A stretch of DNA of 57,145 bases from the NCBI GenBank assembly GCA_032718475.1, contig JAUCBJ010002463.1, positions 1-57,145 of the forward strand, written 5' to 3'. The notes under the pieces were generated by a model. The model saw only the letters and a program-made list of their open reading frames with translations, did not search any database and was not told the origin of the DNA. Source of the stretch: Nemertoderma westbladi (taxonomy: Eukaryota; Animalia; Xenacoelomorpha). The translations under genes were made by a program, and so were the position numbers. Position 1 is the first letter of the stretch. The number at the start of each line of letters is the position of its first letter. Positions 47,014 through 57,145 of the stretch are shown in pieces.

Positions 47014-48282
47014 CCCTATTAGTACCGGGCTATAAAATGTTGTACAAATACCGGGGGGAGGGGGGGGGGGACCCCCCCCCCCCCCCCCTAAAATCAATCT
47101 ACAAATTTTTACGAAAACGTCTGATTTTTTGTTTGTACGTTGGTATCACTAGTCTGGATCCGACCGAAAAAAAAATTTTCGAAAAAATGCATTGTGGTGG
47201 TTATATTGCAGTACCAAAATTACAAGTAGTGCACAATTTTCACAAAATTTGAAAGTTGCATTTTTCGGCTAATTGCAATTCAATACAGGTTTTCTGGGGC
47301 ACAAAATACATTGGAAAATATTTAAAAATGATATGATTACTATAAATGGCTGTTTAGTCCTCTCTGCGTAAGGAAAAAAAATGAAAAAAACAACTTTTCA
47401 GTTAGAACACAAAATTTTTTATTCACTTATACGATGCTATAATTTCACATTTATAGGTTTTCAAGGGCGCTGATTCTAATGGAATACATTTCTAATATGC
47501 CAGCCAGGTCATTGCTACGTGTATTTTTCGGCGTAATTTGGCAAATTTTGGTGCTAGCACCAAATTTCGTACCCATCACCAAAAAGTACAAGTTTGCGGT
47601 GTCCAGTGCTGTTTTTATTGATTCCATCGGATTCAGGACCCTCATAAACCCGTATCACGCAAGAAACAAGATGATACTATCTACTGATGAATTTTCTTAT
47701 TTTCAAAAATTTATCGATTGAATGGATTTTCAAACTTTCGTGCTACTGTAGCACCAAAATTTGCAAACAGCACCGAAAAAGACCGTTTGATAGGTTTGGT
47801 GCGACTCGTATATATTCCGTCGAAACCAGAACCCAAAAAAAAACCAATTGCGTAAAAAATAAGTTTCAAACAAACAATTTACAAAATTGACATATTTCAA
47901 AATTTGGTGCTGGCACCAAAATTTAGCACCCGCCGAAACAAAACAAGTTTGAAATTTCTAATTCAATTTATATGAATTCCATCCAATTGCTAACACCATA
48001 AAACCGGTGTAAATCAAAAATATAGATGTTACAAATCATATTTAATGAACTGTAATTTTCAAAAAAACGCCTCAAAAAAAGTGCCAAAAGTAGGGTTAAA
48101 AAATGGTGCTATAACTCGAAAACTACCCAATATTTTTGAAAACGGTTTTCACTACTAGGAAGACAATAGATTTTTAGGAAAAGTCATAAAATTTCAGATA
48201 CTCAACTGCGTTTGTTTCAGAATTATAATAAAAAAACCACGGGGGGGGGGTCATATTGACCCCCCCCCCGGGTTTAATAGGG
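47014..48282 (+). mobile_element. piggyBac-like non-autonomous element, copy B
   Basis: Same termini and TTAA flanks as 44762-46293, with fewer internal repeats. Confidence 0.92.
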
Positions 48283-48625
48283 TTAAGGTGTTGAGATTTA
48301 TTAGGGATTAATGCCATCATACAGAATTGCTTAACACCTATAAGTAATGATTGACACTACTTATAATAATGGCTTAATTAATTAATTAATGGCTTAATGC
48401 AACTTGAAGTAATTTGTACTATTAACCAAAACACCAAAACACTAATTAAGTGTTTAGGTACAACAAATGTGTGAGTAATGGGAAATAATATTTCCCCTCA
48501 ATGTATTTAGAAATATTGTATCTAAATATAGGGTAATCATGGTTTTCTTACTATTGGAATTGGAGAGTTATCAAATGTAACAAGCAACTATTGGAACAAA
48601 GTTTTTTTATAGGCGTTCGATTCGA

Positions 48626-50065
48626 AATATTTAACAATATCTGAATTTCGTTGAGAAACAGCTGTGATATAGGCTTTCAAATATTGTAAGAATTATTCTT
48701 CGCTAGATGCCATTTATTTTATTTAATAAAATACACAATGTTCTAGAATGTGTTATTTATTTTATGAGTTAGTTGGCAACATCGCTATTCCTATCCAATA
48801 TATCTATTGTGTAGCTATTCATACCTAAACAAAATGTTCCAGAACATAATAATAATAATAAACATAATAATTTTAATAACTGTCTATCTATGCAGTATTG
48901 CAGTATTGTAGTATGCAGTTAGGAACAGTAGCGACGTTTACATTTAGAGTGCAGTCGCAGTGTAGCCTATCTGCCTATGTAGATAGAGAGAGGTGTAGAA
49001 TGTAGAGAGACATTATGAAACGCTCTTATCCAAAAGAGGGACCCGAAACCCCTGAAACGACTTGGCTTCGATATCGATGACAGTTCTTCCGAGTCAGATG
49101 GCGAAGTATCAGACATCGAAACGACTGATGATGAACATGCGGATAATTGTTCTGACTCGGAATCTTCCGATTCTGATCCTATAGATTTGGGCCTTCCTAC
49201 TTACTGGAACCAGTGTTGGTTATGGAAACATCCCACCTGACTGCCTGAGTTGGCGCCTTGGAAACTTGTAACGGGAAACAATGATTCAATAAACTTAGAT
49301 AAGCCTTTCCCTGGGAACTCGTGTCAAGTTGGGTGGCAGAATGCTATTGACGCAACGGAGTTTGCTTTGAAGGATTATGTCGATACGTTTGTTACTGATG
49401 TTTGATTCAAGTACTCTGTGATAGTACGAATAGAAGAATCGCCATACAGCGAGCGAAAATAGCTGAATTACCACCGAACACCTGTACTGGCACTGGTCTG
49501 CTGGTAGCGGTCCGATGGAACTAAAAGTGAAGGACGTTACTCTATTGGAGATGAGGGCTTTTTTAGGACTCGCCCTATAAATATACTACTATAATATCCT
49601 AATAGGCTAATAATAGTCGGTTATAAATATATAAAATAATACATATTAGTCAGGTAACCCAAACCCACTATTTTTCGAAGGAGGTTACTATCATTTATGC
49701 ATTGTATAGAAATAAAAATATTAAAAATTTAGAAAAAAAAAGTAAAAAAAATATATATATATATTAAAAAAAAAAATATATATATTAAAAAATAAATATT
49801 GTATTATATATATTATTTTATGTATATAATATATTTATATACAAATATATGTTGTATACCTAAATATGTGTTACTATATATGTTGTTTTACATGGATAAT
49901 GTTTTGACAATTTTTTCAGAGCCCTAGCATGCAGTTTCAATTGCAGCTTCAGGCGTCAAAGGGTTAATAAATGGAATAAATGGCATTCAGCGAACGATAC
50001 TTCTTGCAATATTTGAACTCATCTTAGCTGTTTCTCAACGAAATTCAGACATTGTTACATATTTA
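48626..50065. repeat. Inverted repeat pair (~48626-48720 and ~49975-50065) enclosing a piggyBac remnant
   Basis: TCTGAATTTCGTTGAGAAACAGCT vs AGCTGTTTCTCAACGAAATTCAGA. Confidence 0.65.
49017..49963 (+). pseudogene. Deleted piggyBac transposase remnant with right terminus
   Basis: Acidic N-terminus (DIDDSSSESDGEVSDIETTDDE), ...LCDSTN... and KDVTLLEMRAFLGLAL, typical of piggyBac transposase N-termini; ends AAAGGG|TTAA. Confidence 0.7.
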
Positions 50066-50470
50066 GAATCCTTGTAACGAAAGCTTTCTAGTGATATTTA
50101 TATAGAGAGGTTAATGTGAAAAATGGCGATGATAGGAGATGTGCAATTTCGCAAAAGATACTTTATTAAAACGCTTATTAAAAAAATTTAAAGGCGAAAT
50201 CAAAAATTCCGCCTTCATGGGGTCAACCACGCACGGTGAGTTGAACTAGTTGCGTTTCTAATTTCAAGCAATATGATAAAGATTTGTAAAAAATCTGGGG
50301 GGGGGGGGAGGGGGGGTTCCGTGTGCTATATTACGGTTCATGGTGTATAATACTTTAATCTTTATCTATATTCGAATTAAAAAAATTTTAAACAATGTTA
50401 TATAATGAAAGATATAAGATCAATACTACATCTATGCTATACTGAAGTCACATATGTACTTTTACTTTAC

Positions 50471-50632
50471 CTGTTGGTACAGACTGACAGATTTTGTCAT
50501 CACCAACGCAATGGTTTGAATATTCCGAATACCCCACAATTGTATGACAGAAACGAGTGCGTGATCTTTGATAGGTACCACATTCGCTATCCCATAACCA
50601 TTGGGTTGTGTATTCCGACCAGAAGAAGGTTG
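50471..50632 (-). CDS. Host TSP1/F-type lectin gene, thrombospondin type-1-like exon
   Basis: TTACAG|CA...ACAG|GTAAAGT, 162 nt, phase 1-1: TFFWSEYTTQWLWDSECGTYQRSRTRFCHTIVGYSEYSNHCVGDDKICQSVPT; W..W..CG..RxRxRxC pattern. This frame is not in the ORF track. Confidence 0.82.
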
Positions 50633-51000
50633 CTGTAACACGAACATTTTTATATAAGAAAGTTTGTTCAAACCTGTCTCAAACCTATCATACTGAGAAA
50701 ACTAAGGTGCTACATGACCTACTATTACTATTACACATCACTGTAACAAATTTATTTAGTGTATACAGACACCTTCAAAATTAAAGAGTAGTGATTAATT
50801 CACTATAGTTTTTGTACAAAATGTGTGGAATGGGTCAACTCAATATCAAGTATTAATTGGTGGACATAGTCTTCAAGACATCACATCAAGGCGGTAATGT
50901 AGACTTTTGCCGGACTTCACATTTTCTGCGATATCTCAAGAACTATTCGCTCTACATTTGTTTTGAAGGCTACCCCCACTAAATCATAGGTCATTGCGGT

Positions 51001-51580
51001 TGTGACGGGATCAAGGGATCCCGACCGGGTTAGGTTTTTATGCGTCACAGCAGGCTGATGGGTGCATACGAAAAAGTTAGAGTTTGATGTTCAACTGAGT
51101 ATAATATAAAAGCAATGATAGCAAATTGGATAAGTGTACAGAACGGTAGCAAGATAATAAATCAGTGTATGGCAGCACCGCAATGACGGTAAAACTACAA
51201 TGCCGGTTTGCAATGAAACTGACTACTGAATAACTGAACCGGTAACTAATATGCATTGATAGTATATGTGATCACTTCTACACTACTGTGGCCTTTCACC
51301 TAGTGGATGATCTCCCTCGCCCCTATTGGCTAATAATCTACTTCACACCTCTCCACTCTCTGGGAGTGTTTCCCCCCCTGTTGGCCCCTGCTGGCTGTTT
51401 CCCCTTCCGAGGTGATTTGACCTCTAACCTTCCCTTTGTATGTGGCTTTGGGGTTGTGTTGTCCCCGGTGATGGTTGTGATACGAGATTAGTTATTGCTA
51501 ATCTCGTATCTCCAACATATTGCTGAAAATGCCACTTCCCATTTTATGAGGGTAATGCGGCGGAATTGAATCCGCTTACA
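51001..51580 (-). repeat. 3' LTR of element 5 (580 bp)
   Basis: Termini and adjacent PPT (CTCCCCCCCA at 51581-51590) are homologous to LTRs 26531 and 33037. Confidence 0.9.
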
Positions 51581-52079
51581 CTCCCCCCCATGCTATCTTC
51601 CCGGTAAGAAGATAGCATCTACTATAAATGCGCTTCAATTCCGCTGGAACCCGATCTTCTATCGGGTGTGGGATGGAGTTCTTTTCCAGGCCGCTCCCTC
51701 TCGGTATGATATTACTACCCCTTCTTACCCCTCCTTCAACCGAAACCTATGTTGCACCAAGACATCTGACATCTCCATTTGAGACAATTGTGGACTCGTC
51801 ACACAATTTTAAAATCTCTCACTCTCTAAACTCAATCTGAACTCACTCGACTCCGCTTCAGCTCCACTCTAACTCCACTCTACTCTCTCTATCTCACTCC
51901 CGGACCTCTCTGTCCCTTTCTCTCTCTTCTCTCCCTGCTCGCTCCCCACACTTGAATCGCACTCGTCTGCACTCTCTCACGCGCCAACACCTCCTCTCAA
52001 TATCTCCCTGTGCTCCTGTACTCTCTACCACTCCCAAAGGTGTCAAATTTTCTTATGCTACTATACTGTGCTATCGTTC

Positions 52080-52630
52080 TATCTACCTCGCTACTTACTT
52101 CTTACTTACTACTTACTATGTAACTATCTTACTACTAACTCTCTAACTCTACTAATTCTAATTCTACTAACTCTCTAACCCTCTAACTCTACTAACTCTC
52201 TAACTCTACTAACTCTCTAACCCCCTATCTACTAACTCTAACTCTACTAACTTTCTAACTCTCTAACTATGTGGCGCTTTTGGTGCCCACAACCCCTCTA
52301 CTACTACCTCTCATGGTATATCTACATTCCACACTCCCTCTCTTTCTACGTGGCGCTTTTGGTGCCCACAACCCCTCTACTCTGTTTCTACGTGGCGCTT
52401 TTGGTGCCCACAACCCCTCTACTCTCTTTCTACGTGGAGCTTTCGGTGCCCACAACCACTCTGCTACTACTCGTGGTATGTCAATATACCACACTCCCTA
52501 TACCTGCCTACTTCTAACTACTTCTAACTCTACTCTTACTAACTTCTACTGACTTTCTAACTTCTTACTTAATTTCTAACTACTACTTACTATCTAACTT
52601 CTACTAACTTCTACTAACTTTCTGACTTTC
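52080..52630. repeat. (CTCTAACT)n-like simple repeats and four ~32-bp GTGGCGCTTTTGGTGCCCACAACC units in the element 5 3' UTR
   Basis: Directly visible; the four units lie at ~52270-52460. Confidence 0.85.
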
Positions 52631-53038
52631 TACTTATTTTATTATTTTTATTATATTTGTGTAGGAAGGGCGTCTCGCCCTCATTCCCACCCCCCTCAGT
52701 CCAACATTTGGACGACTAAACTCAAAGGTGCCTCTTCTATAAGGCAGCACTTTCCTACAGCCCTCCTCTAGGTCTTCCTCTCCTTTGCTTCCATCTTGCC
52801 TCCTATTCTCACCCCCACCGACTGGACTCTTCTGTCCTCGTCGGAAGATCTATGTACCTATCTCTATGTATCTACCACTCTCCCTAGCCTCCTCCACCAC
52901 CCTAAAATCGGGTCTTTCTGCCGCCTTCTTGACTTCCTCATCTCCTGGCAGCAAAATGCCACCCCCCACCTTATCGTCTCCCGGCGGCAGAATGAAAAGA
53001 ACCCGAAAGAACAGACAAAACAGAACGGACAATAGTAA

Positions 53039-54226
53039 TCATATCCCTTTCCACCCTGTCTTCTTGTTTGACCTTCCCCTTCTCGGTATGCCTCTCAACC
53101 GGACCGGCATCTCCTCCGGACACTCCTCCGGGTACTCCTCTGGACATCTCGCCATCCACTCTTCCCCATCCTCATACCGATAGTTGCTGGGAACATCCTT
53201 GTTCCATCCCATCGTCTCTAAGTCTTCCGCGTCGAATCCATTCTCCTCAGCCCACTCTCTTGCTGTTGCTTCCCCTCCTAACTGATCTACTGACGGTATT
53301 TTCCTGGAACTATCCTCTATCTGTTCAACACGCTCCACTATGCGTGGTTCCAGATCTATACCCGACTCCTGGTATCTTTCCTCGGACCGCTTCTCACATG
53401 GGACCTCCCCATCGCCCGTCTCTGGTTTCTTCTCTACGTCCTTAACGGTGCCTGGTAGCATGCACCCTGATGTCTGCGTCACCCTGAGTGGAACCTTGGT
53501 TTTAATTGGGCTGCTAAGCGTCCATCCGAACGGCGTGAGAATCGCCGTCGGATCCCGCTGCTTATTCTCTCTGAAGACTGTTCTTAGTCTCTCATGGGCC
53601 GTCGGACAATCCATTCCGACTATGATGGATACCTTCCTGATGTCCATCTCCGGTATTGAGAAATCGATATCGTCCAGGAACTGGTATTGCTCGACCTCGA
53701 TCTTAGTTGGTCTCATGGCATTAATATTGATCGATTCTATGATCTGAATGGGGTCGATGGTCGCCCCATAGTCACATTCTGGTGCTATTGCTGATATCTT
53801 GTTCCGTCCCGTCCTCATCTCCAGGACCTCATCTTTACTCGAGATAGTAGTTACCGCCAACCTACTTGGCCTCGTCTGTAATCCTATCTCCTCGGCCACC
53901 CAATTCTCCACCAGCGTGAAGGCTGCTCCGCTGTCGACCAGCATTAATGTTGTGACTGATCGGCCGCCCCTTCCTGTTATCTTCACTGGTACTACCCCGA
54001 GTAGTACTTTCCTCTTTCTTCTTGCTCCTGTCGTGCTCGTAGCCATTGTTTGGCCTCCGGTCTCGTCGTCTCCTATCGCTGTTTCTCTACACTCTCCGAG
54101 TCTGTGTCCTTCTACCACACATTGATGACATAGTCCGTTTGCGTCCGCGTAGGCTACACGATCTTGTTTGGGCAATGCTTGCCAATGCTTACAACTCATG
54201 GTCTTATGGGTTCCATCTCTATGCAA
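53039..54226 (-). CDS. BEL/Pao zinc-knuckle and aspartic protease ORF with a non-pol C-terminus
   Basis: HKTMSC, LCHQCVVEGHRLGEC, LLGVVPVKI, LVDSGAAFT, IIVGMD, AILTPFGWTL. Confidence 0.88.
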   Translation of the reverse strand: MHRDGTHKTMSCKHWQALPKQDRVAYADANGLCHQCVVEGHRLGECRETAIGDDETGGQTMATSTTGARRKRKVLLGVVPVKITGRGGRSVTTLMLVDSGAAFTLVENWVAEEIGLQTRPSRLAVTTISSKDEVLEMRTGRNKISAIAPECDYGATIDPIQIIESININAMRPTKIEVEQYQFLDDIDFSIPEMDIRKVSIIVGMDCPTAHERLRTVFRENKQRDPTAILTPFGWTLSSPIKTKVPLRVTQTSGCMLPGTVKDVEKKPETGDGEVPCEKRSEERYQESGIDLEPRIVERVEQIEDSSRKIPSVDQLGGEATAREWAEENGFDAEDLETMGWNKDVPSNYRYEDGEEWMARCPEEYPEECPEEMPVRLRGIPRRGRSNKKTGWKGI

Positions 54227-54294
54227 TTGACATTCAAATCCTGGATTGTAGCATTCCCTGTATAGTCCTTCACGTATTGCGCGTGGATTTATAT

Positions 54295-55660
54295 CTACCG
54301 GTTTTTGTTCGTGGTGTTATTTTGTTTCTGTCCCTGCCAGCTCCCACTCCCAGCTATCTGTGGGCTTGTAGCCCCCTGTGTGGCCGCGTGTGGTAGCGAC
54401 TGTCTCACTCTCGGAAATGGATCTGCAGGATTGTGTTCGGGTTTAGGCCTGTTGTATTCGGTCTTTGGCGCCTTCCCCAAACTATCCTCACTGTAGACTG
54501 GGTCTGTAATCAACTCTGCTTCGTAGTTGAGGAAGTTCGATATTTCCTCTAGCCCTGGCTCTGCACCTTTCTTCTCCCGAGTGGAGAAGGCGATCTTCCT
54601 CCACTTGCTCCGTAACCAGATCGGCAGTGCCTGCGCTATCGTGGTGATGTTATTAGATGTGTTGAGCTCGTATGGCGCGTCTAGCGTCTTCAGCACGATT
54701 AACGCCTTCTCAACCTTATTCGCAAAGGTCTTTATACTAACAGGGTTGTCCTGTAGGCCACCCGATGTTATCCCCCTCAGGGTTTGCCGGATGATCTTGG
54801 CTGGGTGTCCGTATTCCCTGTCTAGGGCCCGCCATGCAGTCGTGAAGCCACCCTCGATGCCCTGATACTGCCTCACGATGTCGTACGCTGGGCCTCCTGT
54901 GTATACCTGTAGATATTTTAGGCACTCCGCCTGCATCAGGTTCTTAGTTAATATCTCCTGTATCTAGCTGTACATGCGCCGGAATTGCAGGTATTCTTCC
55001 GGCCTGCTTCCGTCGAATTTAAATGGCTCTACAGGTGGTAGCTCGATCCTGGTCTTCAGCGCATCGATAAGTGTCGCCATTCCCATTGCCTGTGCTTCCA
55101 ATGGGTTCGAGGGATGCCGTTCAGATTCTAACGTTGGGTGCGGTCCACCCGTCGGGCCTGTTTACTTTCTCTGCGTCGGATATACCATTGGGGGTAACGG
55201 CCCCCTCCATATTTTCGTGTTGCACGACCTGTTCTCGTCCAGGGGGTTCTATGTTCTTATTCCTGGTTGAGTGTATTGTTGATATTGTGATGGGGGAATG
55301 TCACCCTGCCCCCCCCCCCCCCCCCCCCACCGGTATTATGTTTGGTACTGGTGTTGATGTTAATATATTGGGGCCGATACACCTATCCCAATAACTCTCC
55401 CCTCCCCTGGATATATGTTATGTCCCTGCATATTATAGTCATGCTGCTGTGCTGGTACCGATATAGGCCTATCCACTTCTTGCCTACCTACCGGTATATA
55501 CGCCGCGACTTCCGGATCTAATCCCATCGTTCGCGCTACCCTATCGCCTACACTATCTCTCCCAGCACGGCCTGTAGTATGTGCAGTAAGGCCTACAGTA
55601 TGTCCTGCAGTCTGCATGTGCCCTTCCGGACCGAAGTTTAACCTTCTCGAATATTCCAAG
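54295..55660 (-). pseudogene. gag: BEL/Pao gag capsid region
   Basis: Minus strand ELPPVEPFKFDGSRPEEYLQFRRMY, CLKYLQVYTGGPA, AWRALDREYG, LPIWLRSKW, FLNYEA...DPVYS. Confidence 0.85.
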
Positions 55661-56167
55661 AAGGCCTCTCCCGCCTGACTACCGTACTCTCGATCGGCAG
55701 CTATATCCCGTCGGGAAGTTTCTCTTCGATCCCCTCTCCTGTTCTCTTCCTCAGTATCGGTACGTCCTGTACCCTTCTCCTGGTGTGCGGTGCGTCTCTC
55801 CGGGGCGACGGCAATCTCCCGGAGTTCGACCCCACTGACTCCCCAACTCCATCTCTACTACCGACGGCTCGCTATCCGTCCTCGCTCTCCGGTCGCTCGT
55901 AGCGACGCTTCTTCTATTCTCTTCTCTCCTTCTCTCTTCAGTGTAGCGTCCCCGCTCATGAGATCTCTCGCCGACCTCCCGGTTAGACTCCACTGTTCTT
56001 CTTCTCTCTTCCGACTGACGTCTTCTCGCTCGCCCGCTCTCGGCGCTAACATCTCTCTCTCTGTCCGCCTGGACCCTCCTGGGGATACTCGTCATCCCCC
56101 TACTATTCTCCGTCGTCCGGTGCCGCGGTTCACCTAACTCGCCCTCGCGCATTATCCCCCGACGCCT

Positions 56168-56555
56168 AGTGGGACATTCTCTGCCCCCCCCTCTCGCCAC
56201 TAATCTCCCATGGTGGGGCGCCCGTAGCCCCCCCCCCCCCCCCCCCACTCGCCACTCTTACTTCACTACCTCTTACTTCGCTTCTACGCCCCTCTTGTGG
56301 GACATTCTTTGCCCCCCCCCTTCTCACCACTAATCTCCCGTGGTGGGGCGCCCGTAGCCCCCCCCCCCCCCCACTCGCCACTTCTTACTTCACCACCTCT
56401 CACCTCGCTCCCACGCCCCTCTTGTTGGACATTCTTTGCCCCCCCCCCTCTCGCCACTAATCTCCTGTGGTGGGGTGCCAGTAGCCCCCCCCCCCCCCCC
56501 CCCCCCCCCACTCGCCACTTCTTGCTTCACTACCTCTTACTTCGCTTCTTCACCC
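56168..56555. repeat. Three tandem ~128-bp C-run-rich repeats in the element 5 leader/gag start
   Basis: GGACATTCT..GCCCCCCC..CTCGCCACTAATCTCC..TGGTGGGG.GCC.GTAGCCCC repeated three times. Confidence 0.9.
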
Positions 56556-57145
56556 CTCTCTAGTCAACGCACTGTCTCTACTGCGGCTGGGTCTGTTCAC
56601 CCCTGCCTCTCCCTGTGCAACTGCGTGGCCTGGCAGGCTCCTGTCGGGTTGACTCACCCCTGCTGCTCCCTGCCTAACTACGTGGCCTTGCAGGCTCCCT
56701 TCGGGGTCTCTCACCCCCGCTACTCCTGCACACTAACTACGTGGCCTTGCAGGCTCCCATTGGCCAGACCACCTGTGTCTCCTATATTAGTATTAATAGC
56801 CCTGTTATCAATATTATTATTTTCTAAATTATTTGAATTATTGAATTATTATTATTTTGTATATTTAAATTAATATTATTATTCGAATTATTTTGAATAT
56901 TTGGATTTAAATTATTATTTGGATTATTTGTATTTAAATTTAAATTACTACTACCAAGTAAAAGTAATAAAATTTTGGTTAGGGTTGTCTACTACAGTAC
57001 TATTATTATTAATTTATTCTAACGTATTATTATAACCCCCCCCCCCCCCCCCCCCCCCCCCCGCCCGTACGATTACACCAGTCTTGGGTCTGTCGTCCGG
57101 TCCCTGTAAGTGGGGTATTAACAAACGTTTCCATAACTTCTGGCT

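Larger units (their letters stand above)
51001..57145 (-). mobile_element. LTR element 5: BEL/Pao gag and protease without RT or integrase; same LTR family as elements 2 and 3; runs off the window
   Basis: LTR 51001-51580 (minus TGTAAGC...GATCCCGTCACA), PPT and the same pre-PPT hairpin; BEL capsid and protease ORFs upstream. Confidence 0.9.

Noticed and set aside
52270-52460. CRISPR-like array of ~32-bp repeats
   Set aside because: Spacers are short, unequal and similar to each other; eukaryotic retrotransposon UTR context; no cas genes.

Overview
Repeat-dense eukaryotic (probably invertebrate) genomic DNA dominated by nested BEL/Pao LTR retrotransposons. Element 1 (2723-23347, +) is a young, near-complete BEL/Pao element with a 5-bp TSD (GATAC), 1925-bp LTRs with non-canonical TA...TA ends and a tRNA-like Pol III cassette, no tRNA primer-binding site, and an extra 3' ORF with three CCHC knuckles. 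It is interrupted by a 1.2-kb structured insertion in pol and a 2.7-kb DNA-transposon-like insertion in its 3' LTR. A second LTR family occurs three times. Elements 2 (23459-27116) and 3 (28757-33585) carry a ~836-aa accessory protein: a WRN/MUT-7-type DEDDy 3'-5' exonuclease-like domain, three CCHC knuckles and a motif shared with the element 1 ORF. Element 5 (51001 to window end, -) carries BEL Gag and protease. Element 4 (33586-38360, -) is a decayed BEL element with a canonical tRNA PBS. Elements 1 and 3 both have a post-LTR sequence complementary to their own LTR, suggesting tRNA-independent self-priming. One host gene is visible: three minus-strand exons encoding a TSP1-like repeat plus an F-type lectin domain. 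The rest is RTE-like LINE fragments, piggyBac-, Harbinger- and Kolobok-like MITEs, a Helitron-like element and tandem repeats. All calls were made by eye; no database searches were run.
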